64,000 nucleotides of DNA from Patescibacteria group bacterium. GTDB taxonomy: Bacteria; Patescibacteriota; Minisyncoccia; Phycocordibacterales; SBAW01. How positions within the stretch are numbered: the stretch's first letter is position 1; the number at the start of each line of letters is the position of its first letter. Location: contig JACOWS010000001.1 of assembly GCA_016176685.1 (NCBI GenBank), positions 11,577 through 75,576 of the forward strand, given 5' to 3'. The position numbers and the translations under genes were made by a program. This document shows positions 51,984-61,150 of this stretch, one piece after another. The notes beneath the pieces are model-generated. The model was not told the origin of the DNA and made no database searches. It worked only from the letters and a program-made list of their open reading frames with translations.

Positions 51984-52406
51984 TTACTTCACATCCACAC
52001 CCATACTTCGGGCGGAGCCGGCAACCACTTTTACAGCTTGTTCAATATTGTCGGTGTTGAGGTCGGGCATTTTGCGCTGTGCAATTTCTTTTGCCTGCGC
52101 CTTGGTAAGGGTACCTATTTTTTCAGTATTTGGCTTGCCGCTCCCCTTTTCTTTGCCGAGCGCCTTCAAAATCAAACCGGAGACTGGCGGAGTTTTGAGT
52201 ATAAAGTCATAGGAACGGTCCTCGTAGACGGTGATTTCCGCCGGGACCATGTCGCCCTTCATCTCTTTGCTGGCCTCGTTAAACTTCTTTACAAACTCGC
52301 CGATGTTGACGCCCGCAGGGCCCAACACCTGGCCCATGGCAGGGGTCAGCGTTGCGGCGCCTCCGGCCGCTACTATTTTTATCTTTTTTACTATCTTTTT
52401 AGCCAT
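51984..52406 (-). CDS. rplK: 50S ribosomal protein L11
   Basis: KIVAAGGAATLTPAMGQVLGPAGVNIGEF and PPVSGLILKALG motifs. Downstream of nusG. Confidence 0.95.
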   Translation of the reverse strand: MAKKIVKKIKIVAAGGAATLTPAMGQVLGPAGVNIGEFVKKFNEASKEMKGDMVPAEITVYEDRSYDFILKTPPVSGLILKALGKEKGSGKPNTEKIGTLTKAQAKEIAQRKMPDLNTDNIEQAVKVVAGSARSMGVDVK

Positions 52407-52493
52407 ACTGTTCGTGAGTTATATACTTTCTTATCGTTCGGGTCAATCCCTCCCAAAGCCTCGGGATGAAGGAATTTATAGTCGCTTTGCTTC

Positions 52494-53045
52494 TTAAATT
52501 CTCTTCACCTGCAAAAAATCAAGCTCAACCGGCGTTTCGCGGCCAAACATAGACACCAACACCTTTACCTTGCCGCGCGCCTCGTCTACCTCGCCCACCT
52601 TGCCGTCGAGCTCTTTAAACGGCCCGTCGACAATAGTAACCGAGTCGCCTACGGTCAAGTCTATTGTGTGGCGGATGGAACCTTCGCTCGCCTGCATGCG
52701 GCCCAACAGTTCGTCCACCTCCGACTGTTTAAGCGGTACCGGGTTGACGCCGGACCCCACAAAGCCGGTGACACGCGGGGTGTTGCGCACCACGTACCAC
52801 GACTGGTCGTCGACTATCATTTCTACCAGCACGTAGCCGGGGTAAACTTTTTCCTCCTCCTCGACGCGGCGGCCGCCTTTAATCTTGACCGTATGCTCGG
52901 TAGGCACCACCACCTGGAACACTTTGTCGGAAAGGCTCAGCGACTCTATGCGCTGGCGCAAGTTGCGTGCCACCGCATTTTCATACCCGGCATAGGTATG
53001 TATCGCATACCATGCCCGGCCCACACTGGTATCTTGTTTTGACAT
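52494..53045 (-). CDS. nusG: Transcription termination/antitermination factor NusG
   Basis: WYAIHTYAGYENAV (NGN domain) and C-terminal KOW GDSVTIVDGPFKELDGKVGEVD. Confidence 0.95.
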   Translation of the reverse strand: MSKQDTSVGRAWYAIHTYAGYENAVARNLRQRIESLSLSDKVFQVVVPTEHTVKIKGGRRVEEEEKVYPGYVLVEMIVDDQSWYVVRNTPRVTGFVGSGVNPVPLKQSEVDELLGRMQASEGSIRHTIDLTVGDSVTIVDGPFKELDGKVGEVDEARGKVKVLVSMFGRETPVELDFLQVKRI

Positions 53046-53060
53046 AAAAAATATAAGGAG

Positions 53061-53231
53061 TTAGATAACCCGCTCGATAATGGTGGTAAAGATGTAGTCC
53101 CACAGCCCCAAATAAGAAGCGGTCGCAAGCGACACCAGGATAACCACCAGGGTGTACACCGCCGTTTGGCGGCGGCTTGGCCAGGACACGTGCTTCATCT
53201 CTGCACGGACGTCTTTGATATATTGCAACAT
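53061..53231 (-). CDS. secE: Preprotein translocase subunit SecE (short form; start at internal M MLQYIKD)
   Basis: 56 aa with a single C-terminal TM helix, RAEMKHVSWPSRRQT, conserved secE-nusG-rplK order. The longer ORF would run through the upstream terminator. Confidence 0.8.
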   Translation of the reverse strand: MLQYIKDVRAEMKHVSWPSRRQTAVYTLVVILVSLATASYLGLWDYIFTTIIERVI

Positions 53232-53254
53232 AAAAATGATTCCTAAGAAAAAAC

Positions 53255-53285
53255 CCCCGCAGGGGCTTTTTACAGAGTACCGTAT
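53255..53285. terminator. Bidirectional intrinsic terminator
   Basis: AAAAAACCCCCGCAGGGGCTTTTTAC between the SIMPL-domain gene and secE. Confidence 0.6.
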
Positions 53286-53399
53286 AGTCTCCACAAAATC
53301 AAGGCCCCAAGAGGGCGGGGATTTTCTTGGCTAGAAAATCTCCCTAGTTCCTCGGGCCGTCGCCCTGCGCACCCTCTTGAAACCTTGATTTTGCTTCGG

Positions 53400-54206
53400 T
53401 TATCTAATTTCGTAGGTTATAGAGACGTCGGAGGTGACTTTGTTTTGGCCGGTCGAGATTTCGGGGGCTGCCACTGGCATAGCGGCGGCACTACCACCTA
53501 TCCCCATTTCCATACCTTTGGCGTAGTATATCGGCCCGCCATAGCTGTTTTCGTTGAAGGAGACTACCCGCACCAGTCGCACGCCGAGCTCTTTGGCAAG
53601 CGCCTGCGCCTTTTGCTTTGCATCGGCTATGGCTTTGTCGCGTGCCTGTGCCTGCACATTGTCTGGGTCGTCAAAGGTAAAGGTAAGTCCAGAAACTTCG
53701 GTGGCGCCCTTGCCGCCCACGCCGGCCAAGAGTTCGCCCGCCTTGGCGGTATCACGAACTTTTATGGTTGTGGTTTGGCGCACCTCGTAGCCCTTAAGCA
53801 CCTGCTTGCCTGGTGTACACGGGTATGCAACGCACACTATCTGCTGGTACTCGTATTGCGGGTAAATAGAGTAGTCGCTAGTTTGAATGTCTTTCTTGTC
53901 GATGCCAGCCCCCTCTAGATAGCTCTCGATGGCATTGATCTTTTTTGTGGCATCCGCCTGCGCCTCGGCTACCGTTGTTTTCTCCGACACCACGCTAAAG
54001 GTAAAAGTGGCGATGTCCGGCACCGCTAACACCTCGCCGTGGCCGCTGATATATATCGTGTTGGTAGCCTGGAGTCCCGCTCCTATGTAGCGAAGGCCCG
54101 CGATGCCAGCCACTGATTGCACGCCCAAAAACAGCGCTAGAAGTGCTACCGCCGCTAATGCCGCTTTACGCAACTTTTCGCCCTTCGCCCCTTCAAATAT
54201 ATCCAT
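53400..54206 (-). CDS. SIMPL-domain (DUF541, BP26/OMP28-like) secreted protein
   Basis: N-terminal signal/TM, then the bipartite SIMPL pattern (GHGEVLAVPDIATFTFSV...KAIADAKQKAQALAKELGVRLVRVVSFNE). Confidence 0.7.
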   Translation of the reverse strand: MDIFEGAKGEKLRKAALAAVALLALFLGVQSVAGIAGLRYIGAGLQATNTIYISGHGEVLAVPDIATFTFSVVSEKTTVAEAQADATKKINAIESYLEGAGIDKKDIQTSDYSIYPQYEYQQIVCVAYPCTPGKQVLKGYEVRQTTTIKVRDTAKAGELLAGVGGKGATEVSGLTFTFDDPDNVQAQARDKAIADAKQKAQALAKELGVRLVRVVSFNENSYGGPIYYAKGMEMGIGGSAAAMPVAAPEISTGQNKVTSDVSITYEIR

Positions 54207-54289
54207 ATATACTTATTAAAAAATTAATACTAACCTTTGCTTCGCTCACTATAGACGGCTCGGCAACGCTTTTATTACCGAACATTATA

Positions 54290-54715
54290 TTAATTCTTTG
54301 TTTTAAGCAAATCGCGGATCTCTTCCAACAGACGCTCTTGCGCCGGCTTTTCGTATGTAGGGACTGGCTTTTGCTCTTCCTGGAACACTCGCTTGCGCGC
54401 AGCGGAGAACATTTTGAAAACGATAAATATGGAGAGTGATACCAAAAGGAAGTTAAATACCGATTGCAAAAATAACCCGTAGCCCAGCACCAGGTCTGGG
54501 CGCAGGTTGACCGCGAGTTCTTTAAAGTCCACACCGCCGGTTGCAAACCCCAAGAGCGGCGTAATAATGCCACCAACCAGCGCGTTTATAATGGCGGTAA
54601 AAGAGGTGCCGATAACCACCGCAATCGCAAGTTCAAACGCGTTGCCTTTGATTGCAAAACTCTTAAACTCCTTCATAAAACCGCGCGCTACACCGACAAA
54701 CTTTTCCCGAGACAT
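54290..54715 (-). CDS. mscL: Large-conductance mechanosensitive channel MscL (start at MSREKF)
   Basis: EFKSFAIKGNAFELAIAVVIGTSFTAIINALVGGIITP, typical MscL TM1. ~140 aa. Confidence 0.9.
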   Translation of the reverse strand: MSREKFVGVARGFMKEFKSFAIKGNAFELAIAVVIGTSFTAIINALVGGIITPLLGFATGGVDFKELAVNLRPDLVLGYGLFLQSVFNFLLVSLSIFIVFKMFSAARKRVFQEEQKPVPTYEKPAQERLLEEIRDLLKTKN

Positions 54716-54781
54716 GCGCGCATTGTAGCATGGGGCCAAACGTGATACGGTGCGGGCGGATAGAAAAAGGAGGAGTTTCCG

Positions 54782-55375
54782 ATGTCGCATCGCCGTCGAT
54801 ATATCGAGGCGATCGTTATCGCCTCGATTGCGTTTGTACTTGAGTTGTGGGGGTCAGGCTATACACACAGTGTCGCGCTGTGGGGCGACGCATGGCATGT
54901 GTTTGGCGACGGTTCAACACTGGCAACCGGCCTTGTGGCGCTTGAGTTGCGGGGCCGCGGCAAACCTGCCGGACACTGGGAGCTTACAACTTCTCTGCTC
55001 AACATACTGATACTACTAATTGCCGCCGCGCTACTGACACAGTGGGGGCTAACACTTCTCGAAAAACCAGTGCCCGTTTCCGGATATAGTCTCTTGGCCA
55101 TCGCAGGCATTGGCGCCTTGTGCAACTTGCGCCAGTGGTACCTCGCCCGCGGGCTTGGTGGCGCACACATGCACGAGCACACGCGCCTGGGGCAAGTACT
55201 CCACTTTGCCTCCGACTTTTTTGCGAGCATGGCGGTTATCGCGGGAGCCATAGGCATCTTGCTTGGCTACCCGCAGAGCGACGCAGTCGCGTCGCTCACA
55301 GTGGCGGCAATAATCCTTATATTTGTGGGGATGCTCGGCAAAGAGGTCTGGCACGCCCACCGTCGTCATCACTGA
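54782..55375 (+). CDS. Cation diffusion facilitator-like transporter, TM domain only
   Basis: 6 TM helices with the HxxxD-like WGDAWHVFGD motif in TM2 and a His-rich C-terminus (HAHRRHH). The cytoplasmic CTD is absent. Confidence 0.6.
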   Translation: MSHRRRYIEAIVIASIAFVLELWGSGYTHSVALWGDAWHVFGDGSTLATGLVALELRGRGKPAGHWELTTSLLNILILLIAAALLTQWGLTLLEKPVPVSGYSLLAIAGIGALCNLRQWYLARGLGGAHMHEHTRLGQVLHFASDFFASMAVIAGAIGILLGYPQSDAVASLTVAAIILIFVGMLGKEVWHAHRRHH

Positions 55376-55425
55376 TTCTTCCCTGCCCCGCGGCTTGCCG
55401 CGGGGTACCTTTTTTATCAACAGCA

Positions 55426-56085
55426 TTACCAACTTCGCTCCTTTCCTTGTTTCCAAAACTTGCCAGTTGGAACCTTTGAAATGGCTAGCTCAAATATATC
55501 TTTCGCCGGTTCCTCTGGGCTACGCGGGGCTTCTGCCCCACCCATGTCAGTCTTTACCCACCCCGGGTCTATTATAGATACCGTAATACTTTTTCCTTGA
55601 AGTCGTAAAGCAAGTGTTCGAGTATACATGCCTAATGCCGCTTTTGAGATTCGATATGCCGGCACATCGTCACTTGAGATGGTGGTAAGGGCTCCAGCTC
55701 CAGAACCAAGCGAAATAATGTGGCAGCCCTCTGCCAGCGCAGGTATAAGCCGCTCCGTAAGATCAATGGTGCCGATGAGATTTACTTCGAGAATCTTTCG
55801 TAGTGTCGATATCTCAACTGTAGCTCCGTTATGGTCTTCTTCCTTAGCGTAGATACCTGCATTGTTGACGAGAATATTGATTGGTTTATACGCCGAGATT
55901 TTTTCTGCGGCTTGAGCAATGCTCGTGTTGTCTGAAAGGTCTAATTGGACCCACTTTAAATTTTGGCGCTTCCAGCCGGTGTTGTTGGTTAAAGTGCCAA
56001 CGACTTCCCACCCAGCAGCCAAAAACTGCTCTGCTGTTGCCTTGCCAATACCACGGGTTGCTCCTGTAATAACCACTCGTTTCAT
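55426..56085 (-). CDS. Short-chain dehydrogenase/reductase (SDR)
   Basis: TGATRGIGKA (TGxxxGxG), NNAG, and catalytic YRISKAAL (YxxxK). Confidence 0.85.
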   Translation of the reverse strand: MKRVVITGATRGIGKATAEQFLAAGWEVVGTLTNNTGWKRQNLKWVQLDLSDNTSIAQAAEKISAYKPINILVNNAGIYAKEEDHNGATVEISTLRKILEVNLIGTIDLTERLIPALAEGCHIISLGSGAGALTTISSDDVPAYRISKAALGMYTRTLALRLQGKSITVSIIDPGWVKTDMGGAEAPRSPEEPAKDIFELAISKVPTGKFWKQGKERSW

Positions 56086-56114
56086 AAAAGCATAGTATCA
56101 AAACTTTTTATCGT

Positions 56115-56188
56115 GGGTGCCTACCCGGATTCGAACCGGGACATACAGCTCCACAAGCTGCAGTGCTGACCATTACACTATAGGCACC
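56115..56188 (-). tRNA. tRNA-His (GTG) with genomically encoded G-1
   Basis: rc: G-GTGCCTA-TAGTGTAATGGTCAGCACT-G-CAGC-TTGTGGA-GCTGT-ATGT-CCCGG-TTCGAAT-CCGGG-TAGGCAC-C. The extra 5' G pairs with discriminator C73. Anticodon loop TTGTGGA. Confidence 0.85.
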
Positions 56189-56218
56189 ATATAAACTCCT
56201 CTACGATAGCAGAGGTGC

Positions 56219-57220
56219 TTAGGGCGCGCTAGGTTCTTCGGCGAGTTCTCCAGTAGCCCGCCGTGAGGAAAGGTACGAGAGCCCGATAAATCCGAGGCCA
56301 ATAGAGGCAATAACAAACTCCGGCACGTGCACCACGAGCCCCGCAAGCATCGCCAAGGCCAAGCCAAACACCGCCCAGTGCGCGCCGTGCTCGAGGTAGC
56401 GCAGTGTAGCAAGAGTTTTTTTGCGCACCAGGTAGACCGTGAGCGTGCGGATAAAGTAGGCGCCGATGCCAAGCCCCACAGCGATGATGGGCAGCGAGGT
56501 GGTGAGCGCAAAGGCGCCGATAACTCCGTCGAGCGAAAAGGCCGAGTCCAAGACGTTCAGGTACACAAACAACATCGCCCCGGTGCGCACGGCGCCTTTT
56601 GCCTCGACCCCGAGCCCATGCGCAATACCCTCGGTCAGGGTAAAGAGGACGATACCGATGATGCCTGCGCGTAAAATGGTCTCAACCGAGCCATGCGCAA
56701 AAAAGGTGATACCAAACAAAAAGAGTAGCGCAAGCGCAATTTCTATCGCCTCGACCCTGCCCCATGTAACCAATCGCGACTCTATAACCTCAAACCAGTG
56801 CACCTTTTTGCTCTGGTTAAAGAAGTATTTAAGCGCCACCATAGCCAAAAAAATTCCGCCAAACGCTTTGATAGCCGTGTCGGCCGAGGTTAAAAGGCGC
56901 GAGTACTCCTCCGGGTTCCCCAGTGCGAGCGCGGTGATGGTAAAGGGCGAGACGAGCGCCACTATGCTGACAATAAGTATGGGCAACACCAGCCGCGTGC
57001 CAAAAACAGACAACAGGATGCCCCAGGTAAGGAAGCGCCTCTGCCACATCTGCGACATTTCCTCCAAGACCTTGGCGTTCACGACCGCGTTGTCAAAGGA
57101 GAGCGTGATTTCCAACACTACCAAGACGGCCGCCAACAGGAGCGCCCCGGTGCCGCCCCACCAGTACACTGCGGCAAGCACCGCAAAAGAAACAGCAATA
57201 GGGCCGACAAAAAGCTTCAT
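56219..57220 (-). CDS. terC: TerC-family integral membrane protein
   Basis: LSFDNAVVNAKVL, a repeated TerC signature, and ~9 TM helices. Start set at MKLFVGPIAV. Confidence 0.8.
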   Translation of the reverse strand: MKLFVGPIAVSFAVLAAVYWWGGTGALLLAAVLVVLEITLSFDNAVVNAKVLEEMSQMWQRRFLTWGILLSVFGTRLVLPILIVSIVALVSPFTITALALGNPEEYSRLLTSADTAIKAFGGIFLAMVALKYFFNQSKKVHWFEVIESRLVTWGRVEAIEIALALLFLFGITFFAHGSVETILRAGIIGIVLFTLTEGIAHGLGVEAKGAVRTGAMLFVYLNVLDSAFSLDGVIGAFALTTSLPIIAVGLGIGAYFIRTLTVYLVRKKTLATLRYLEHGAHWAVFGLALAMLAGLVVHVPEFVIASIGLGFIGLSYLSSRRATGELAEEPSAP

Positions 57221-57361
57221 CACATTACTATAACAGGTGCTGTAATTATACACTTTGCGCGAACTTTTTTCGAGCGGAAATTGGATGAATGAACCCAAGC
57301 CCCACGCACTGGCGAGTACGACAGCAACCCCGAAAGAAAAAACACTCCTTCTAATTAAAAA

Positions 57362-58861
57362 TCAAAAAATAGGCTGGTTCTCGACTGTCCGGCACTTCTC
57401 TGCCTTACAGCCCAATAACTTAGCAAAGGCCCAGTGGAGAGGCGCGACCAAATCGGGCCTCGTTGCAGCCAGGTTAGTAAGCTGCTCAGGATCAGCGACA
57501 TTATCGTACAGCTCCCGTTCTGCTGTTGCCGGGTAGTAGACATACGTATACCGGTCGGTCCGGATGCCATGGAAGTCAGGTGCTGGATCAAGGGCAAGCA
57601 TAATGTGGTCAATCCAGGTCAGTGGGTTATTCAGCGGTTGGACTCGCCAATGGTGGAGTAAATACGAACGGCGCGGCCACACAAGTTTTGTATTGCCTAA
57701 GAGTGACGCGAATGAACGGCCGTCGACAAAACTTGGAGGTGTAACACCTGCGATAGTAGCCAGGGTTGGTGCAATATCAATATCGCCAACCAACGCCGAT
57801 ACCTTGGCTGATGGCTTAACGTTTGGGCCGCGGATGATGAGTGGCAAGTGAATATCTACTTCGTAGGCTGTCACTTTGGTTGGGGGCCAGAGTCGATGCT
57901 GCCCAATATGGAAGCCATTGTCCGAACTGAACACAATGTAGGTGTTCGCAAGCACGTTACGCACTTCGAGAGTTGTGATGAGACGCTCAATCCCTCGATC
58001 AACGGCTTGTAATGTACGTAGTCGATCTGCATACAATTTGTCGCCGGATGCAATTTTCGTCGCATTCAAGAGTGGCAGGTTGCGCACCCAGGCCGGTTTA
58101 TCTGAAATATCGGGTTCATTAAAACTTGGTGTGCGGGGCACCTGAGCGTTGGGAAATAAATTTTTATCTTGTTCTGAGGGAATTGCCGGTTGATGCGGTG
58201 GGTACAAGTTCAGGTGTAAAAAGAACGGTTGCGTTGAGCTGGCTGCGGTTGCAATAAACGACTCAGCTTTACCAATGTAAACATCCGTTCCGTAATCAGA
58301 CAGGCCGCTGCCATATTCTACCAGCTGGCCATTCTCATTCAGGGTATAATTGTATTCGTTATAAGGTGTACCAGCGACCGCGCTATACCATTGGTCCCAG
58401 CCGGGCGGAATGTAGGTTGGCGACTGACCTTCAGGATAGCCATTTAAGTACTTACCTATATAGCCAGTCCGGTAGCCAGCATCATGCAGCCAGGTCGCAA
58501 CCGTGGAATTTTCAATTTTGTTTGCTAAGGCTGCCGCGTACCCCCCATTGACGCCTGAGTTATTTTTGACACCGGTATTGTGAGCATATTGTCCTCGCAG
58601 TAGGCTGGCCCGCGAGGGGCAACAAGCGGCATAGCTTGCATAGTAATGGTCAAAACTCGTACCCTTAGCAACGAGTAGCCGTTGGAGGTTTGGCATCATC
58701 GCTATGTCTGCGTAGGCGAGGTCATCGGTCAGAATGAAAAGAATGTTAGGCCGATCTTCCATGGCCTCAGTCGAACTAGAAAAGTTGCCAGCGTAGGAAA
58801 GCGTGGTTAGGCCGACAACGACGATTAAGAGAACGAGACTATTTCGGCTTCGACCCTCCAT
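57362..58861 (-). CDS. Sulfatase (arylsulfatase family) with signal peptide
   Basis: ILFILTDDLAYADI and CCPSRASLLRGQY (C-x-P-x-R formylglycine motif), with GKYLNGY metal-binding context. Confidence 0.85.
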   Translation of the reverse strand: MEGRSRNSLVLLIVVVGLTTLSYAGNFSSSTEAMEDRPNILFILTDDLAYADIAMMPNLQRLLVAKGTSFDHYYASYAACCPSRASLLRGQYAHNTGVKNNSGVNGGYAAALANKIENSTVATWLHDAGYRTGYIGKYLNGYPEGQSPTYIPPGWDQWYSAVAGTPYNEYNYTLNENGQLVEYGSGLSDYGTDVYIGKAESFIATAASSTQPFFLHLNLYPPHQPAIPSEQDKNLFPNAQVPRTPSFNEPDISDKPAWVRNLPLLNATKIASGDKLYADRLRTLQAVDRGIERLITTLEVRNVLANTYIVFSSDNGFHIGQHRLWPPTKVTAYEVDIHLPLIIRGPNVKPSAKVSALVGDIDIAPTLATIAGVTPPSFVDGRSFASLLGNTKLVWPRRSYLLHHWRVQPLNNPLTWIDHIMLALDPAPDFHGIRTDRYTYVYYPATAERELYDNVADPEQLTNLAATRPDLVAPLHWAFAKLLGCKAEKCRTVENQPIF

Positions 58862-58926
58862 GATTATTTTTTTGGAACTGCGTTTTTAACCAATCGTTAT
58901 TCTTAATTCAGACCTTGTATCTACTC

Positions 58927-59013
58927 TGGTGCCCGGGAGAGGACTCGAACCTCCACGCCCTTGCGGGCTTATCCACCTCAAGGATAAATGTCTACCAATT
59001 TCAACACCCGGGC
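58927..59013 (-). tRNA. tRNA-Leu (GAG), long variable arm, CCA encoded
   Basis: rc: GCCCGGG-TG-TTGAAATTGGTAGACA-TTTATCC-TTGAGGT-GGATAAG-CCCGCAAGGGCGTG-GAGGTTCGAGTCCTC-TCCCGGGC-ACCA. Confidence 0.85.
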
Positions 59014-59092
59014 ATTATAAATGCCATCCTACTATACGAAGCATTTACTCTATTTTCAAGAGTTCCAAGTATAAATACTAAAAAGCTGCTTG

Positions 59093-59587
59093 CTACTCTG
59101 CGGCAACCTCCTCTTTGTGTGCGGCCGGGGTGGTCACCACATCTTCCTCTGCTACTACGGCGACCGCCGGCTCAACTGCACGCGACTTGCGCATCTGGTG
59201 GCGCACCTCTTTGGCCGCCTTGCGGCGAACAAAGTACAGTTTTGCGCGGCGGGTGCGCGCGCGGCGCAGCACCTCTATAGAGTCAATGGTGGGCGAGTAG
59301 AGCGGAAATATTTTTTCCACCCCTACCCCGCTGGCAACCTTGCGCACGGTAACCATGGCGCCCGGCTCGGTGCCGTGTTTGACCGCCAAAACCAAACCCT
59401 CAAAGGCCTGGCGGCGGACATTTTTAGTCTCCACCTCCTTCTTGTTGGCTGCTTTGCCTATTTTGATTTCTTCAATTTTTTGCCATACGCGCACGGTGTC
59501 GCCCGCGCGCACCCCAAGGGCCGCGCGCTCTTTCATATCGACTGGCGATGTCGTAATTCCCGATTTCATGCAAAAAGACTGTACCAC
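59093..59587 (-). CDS. rplS: 50S ribosomal protein L19 with Ala/Glu/Val-rich C-terminal extension
   Basis: GDTVRVWQKI...RQAFEGLVLAVKHG...VTVRKVASGVGVEKIFPLYSPTIDSIEVLRRARTRRAKLYF. Confidence 0.9.
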   Translation of the reverse strand: MVQSFCMKSGITTSPVDMKERAALGVRAGDTVRVWQKIEEIKIGKAANKKEVETKNVRRQAFEGLVLAVKHGTEPGAMVTVRKVASGVGVEKIFPLYSPTIDSIEVLRRARTRRAKLYFVRRKAAKEVRHQMRKSRAVEPAVAVVAEEDVVTTPAAHKEEVAAE

Positions 59588-59631
59588 AGGAAGCCCTCAA
59601 CTCCAAGGCGACGCCTTGAGAGCCCTTTGAC

Positions 59632-60408
59632 TTAAGGCGTCGCCCTTAGTGCTTGTTCCGCCGCCGCGAAGTCCGGCGGCAGAGGCGCGGTAAAGGTCAT
59701 TTCTTTGCCGTCGGGGGCCACAAAGGAAAGATGCAGCGCGTGGAGCGCCAGGCGCGAAAAGCCAAAGAGCGCCGGGCGGCCGGGCGCGTAGAGAGCGTCG
59801 CCCACCACCGGGTGCTGCATTGCAGAAAAATGCACTCGTATCTGGTGCGTGCGCCCGGTCTGCGGAAATACTTCGACGTACGAGGCCTCGGCTCCTTTGG
59901 CAAGCACGCGGTACGCGGTGAGCGCGTCGCGCAACACCCCGTAGGGCGAGCGCGCCGAGCGCGGCCCCCTGCCCCCGCGCGCGCTGCCAACCGGCTTGTC
60001 TATGATGCCGCGCTCATCTTTGAGCGGGCCGTATACAAACGCGCGGTATACTTTTTTTACTTCCCTGTTTTTAAATTGCGCTTTCAAAAACTCGGCAGCC
60101 GCTTTTGTTTTCGCCACAACCAAGGCACCGCTCGTTTCCCTGTCGATGCGGTGGACAATATATATTTCCCCATATTTTTTTCTGAGCCACGCATCGAGCG
60201 CCGGGTAGTCGTGCACGCCATCCGGATGTACAATCATCCCCGCGGGTTTGTCTACCACCACCATGTCTCGGTCCTCAAACAAAATTGTTGGCTCCATGTT
60301 GATGGTTATAACACAAGTGGCCACAAGTCGACTTTGCTCGTCAGCAAAGTCGCTCGCGACCCCGGCTCGCGGTTTTGCAAATGCAAAACATCGCTGTGCC
60401 CTGCACAA
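59632..60408 (-). CDS. RluA-family pseudouridine synthase (likely start MEPTILF at ~60297)
   Basis: VVVDKPAGMIVHP and HRIDRETSGALVVAK (catalytic Asp) motifs. Confidence 0.85.
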   Translation of the reverse strand: MCRAQRCFAFAKPRAGVASDFADEQSRLVATCVITINMEPTILFEDRDMVVVDKPAGMIVHPDGVHDYPALDAWLRKKYGEIYIVHRIDRETSGALVVAKTKAAAEFLKAQFKNREVKKVYRAFVYGPLKDERGIIDKPVGSARGGRGPRSARSPYGVLRDALTAYRVLAKGAEASYVEVFPQTGRTHQIRVHFSAMQHPVVGDALYAPGRPALFGFSRLALHALHLSFVAPDGKEMTFTAPLPPDFAAAEQALRATP

Positions 60409-60449
60409 AAGACAGAAAACCTGCCGCAGGGCAGGTATTCTGTCTTTTG

Positions 60450-60522
60450 TGCACGCTGCAGGGCTCGAACCTGCGACCTACTCGGTGTAAACGAGTTGCT
60501 CTACCAACTGAGCTAAGCGTGC
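60450..60522 (-). tRNA. tRNA-Val (TAC)
   Basis: rc: GCACGCT-TA-GCTC-AGTTGGTA-GAGC-A-ACTCG-TTTACAC-CGAGT-AGGTC-GCAGG-TTCGAGC-CCTGC-AGCGTGC-A. Confidence 0.85.
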
Positions 60523-60560
60523 GTGCCCCGTCTCGGTCTCGAACCTGTGCCAGTGAGACA
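60523..60560 (-). other. tRNA 3'-end-like fragment (T-loop plus acceptor 3' strand only)
   Basis: rc: ...CAGGTTCGAGACCGAGACGGGGCAC. Shares GTGCCCC(N9)TCGAACCT spacing with the 3' end of tRNA-Arg at 61204-61234. No D-arm or anticodon arm is present. Confidence 0.3.
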
Positions 60561-60607
60561 CCGTAAGGACCGTTTAGAGAATTTTAGTGTAGCAGAGTTA
60601 GGCCTCT

Positions 60608-60640
60608 CGGTCAGGGCTCCGATACTTGACAAAAGTAAGT
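60608..60640 (+). promoter_or_regulatory. Near-consensus sigma70 promoter
   Basis: TTGACA-AAAGTAAGTATAAGGTG (17 nt)-TATTAT, ~95 nt upstream of the 60738 ORF, which has an AAGGAGAG Shine-Dalgarno. Confidence 0.55.
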
Positions 60641-60737
60641 ATAAGGTGTATTATTTACAAACCATCGCTTCGTTCTTCTTCAGTAGGTATGCGGGTTGCG
60701 ATGGTCCCGCGGATCCTACGAAAAAGGAGAGACTACC

Positions 60738-61094
60738 ATGCGTGAATTGATTCTCTGCCGCCCCGAACATGGCGGCAGCTGCCATCTGAATGAGGTCATG
60801 GACGACATGGTCAAACTCGCATCCAGACGCCTCAAGATCTATTACACATATGTCAGACTTGGACCCACGCGGTTCATTCTGCACACGACCTCGAAAGACA
60901 CTTATCTCAAGCTCGGACTCTTTTCCGAGAACGGCTTGCAGAATCTCGTGAACCTATTCGAGGAAGAGTTCGAAAAGGGCAAGTGCAACGAAATGCTCGT
61001 TGCCGAACCCGACAAGAATGGAGGACTGGTGGTGACCAGAATGATCAACGACATCAAGGACATCGTCACCTTTCACCTCTCTCCCGCCCACTAA
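60738..61094 (+). CDS. Small hypothetical protein (118 aa), strongly expressed islet gene
   Basis: ATG preceded by AAAAAGGAGAGACTACC. Flanked by tRNA-Val and tRNA-Arg. No recognisable family (MRELILCRPEHGGSCHLNEVMDDMV...). Confidence 0.55.
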   Translation: MRELILCRPEHGGSCHLNEVMDDMVKLASRRLKIYYTYVRLGPTRFILHTTSKDTYLKLGLFSENGLQNLVNLFEEEFEKGKCNEMLVAEPDKNGGLVVTRMINDIKDIVTFHLSPAH

Positions 61095-61102
61095 GCGCTG
61101 AC

Positions 61103-61150
61103 GCGCTTTCGCCCGCCCCAGTTTTCCGTACTGGGGCGGTTTGCTATTTG
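61103..61150 (+). terminator. Intrinsic terminator after the small ORF
   Basis: CGCCCCAG-TTTTCCGTA-CTGGGGCG followed by GTTTGCTATTTG. Confidence 0.6.

Noticed and set aside
53061-53294. 77-aa form of SecE
   Set aside because: The longer ORF would read through the bidirectional terminator hairpin at 53255-53285. The 56-aa form starting MLQYIKD matches typical SecE length.
56327-57233. Plus-strand ORFs of 115-255 aa overlapping terC
   Set aside because: They are antisense to a conserved TerC-family membrane protein and are Ala/Arg-rich GC-skew artefacts.
60523-60600. A complete additional tRNA adjacent to tRNA-Val
   Set aside because: Only a T-loop plus acceptor-3'-strand-like segment can be folded; no D-arm or anticodon arm is present. 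Kept as a fragment observation, not a tRNA gene.
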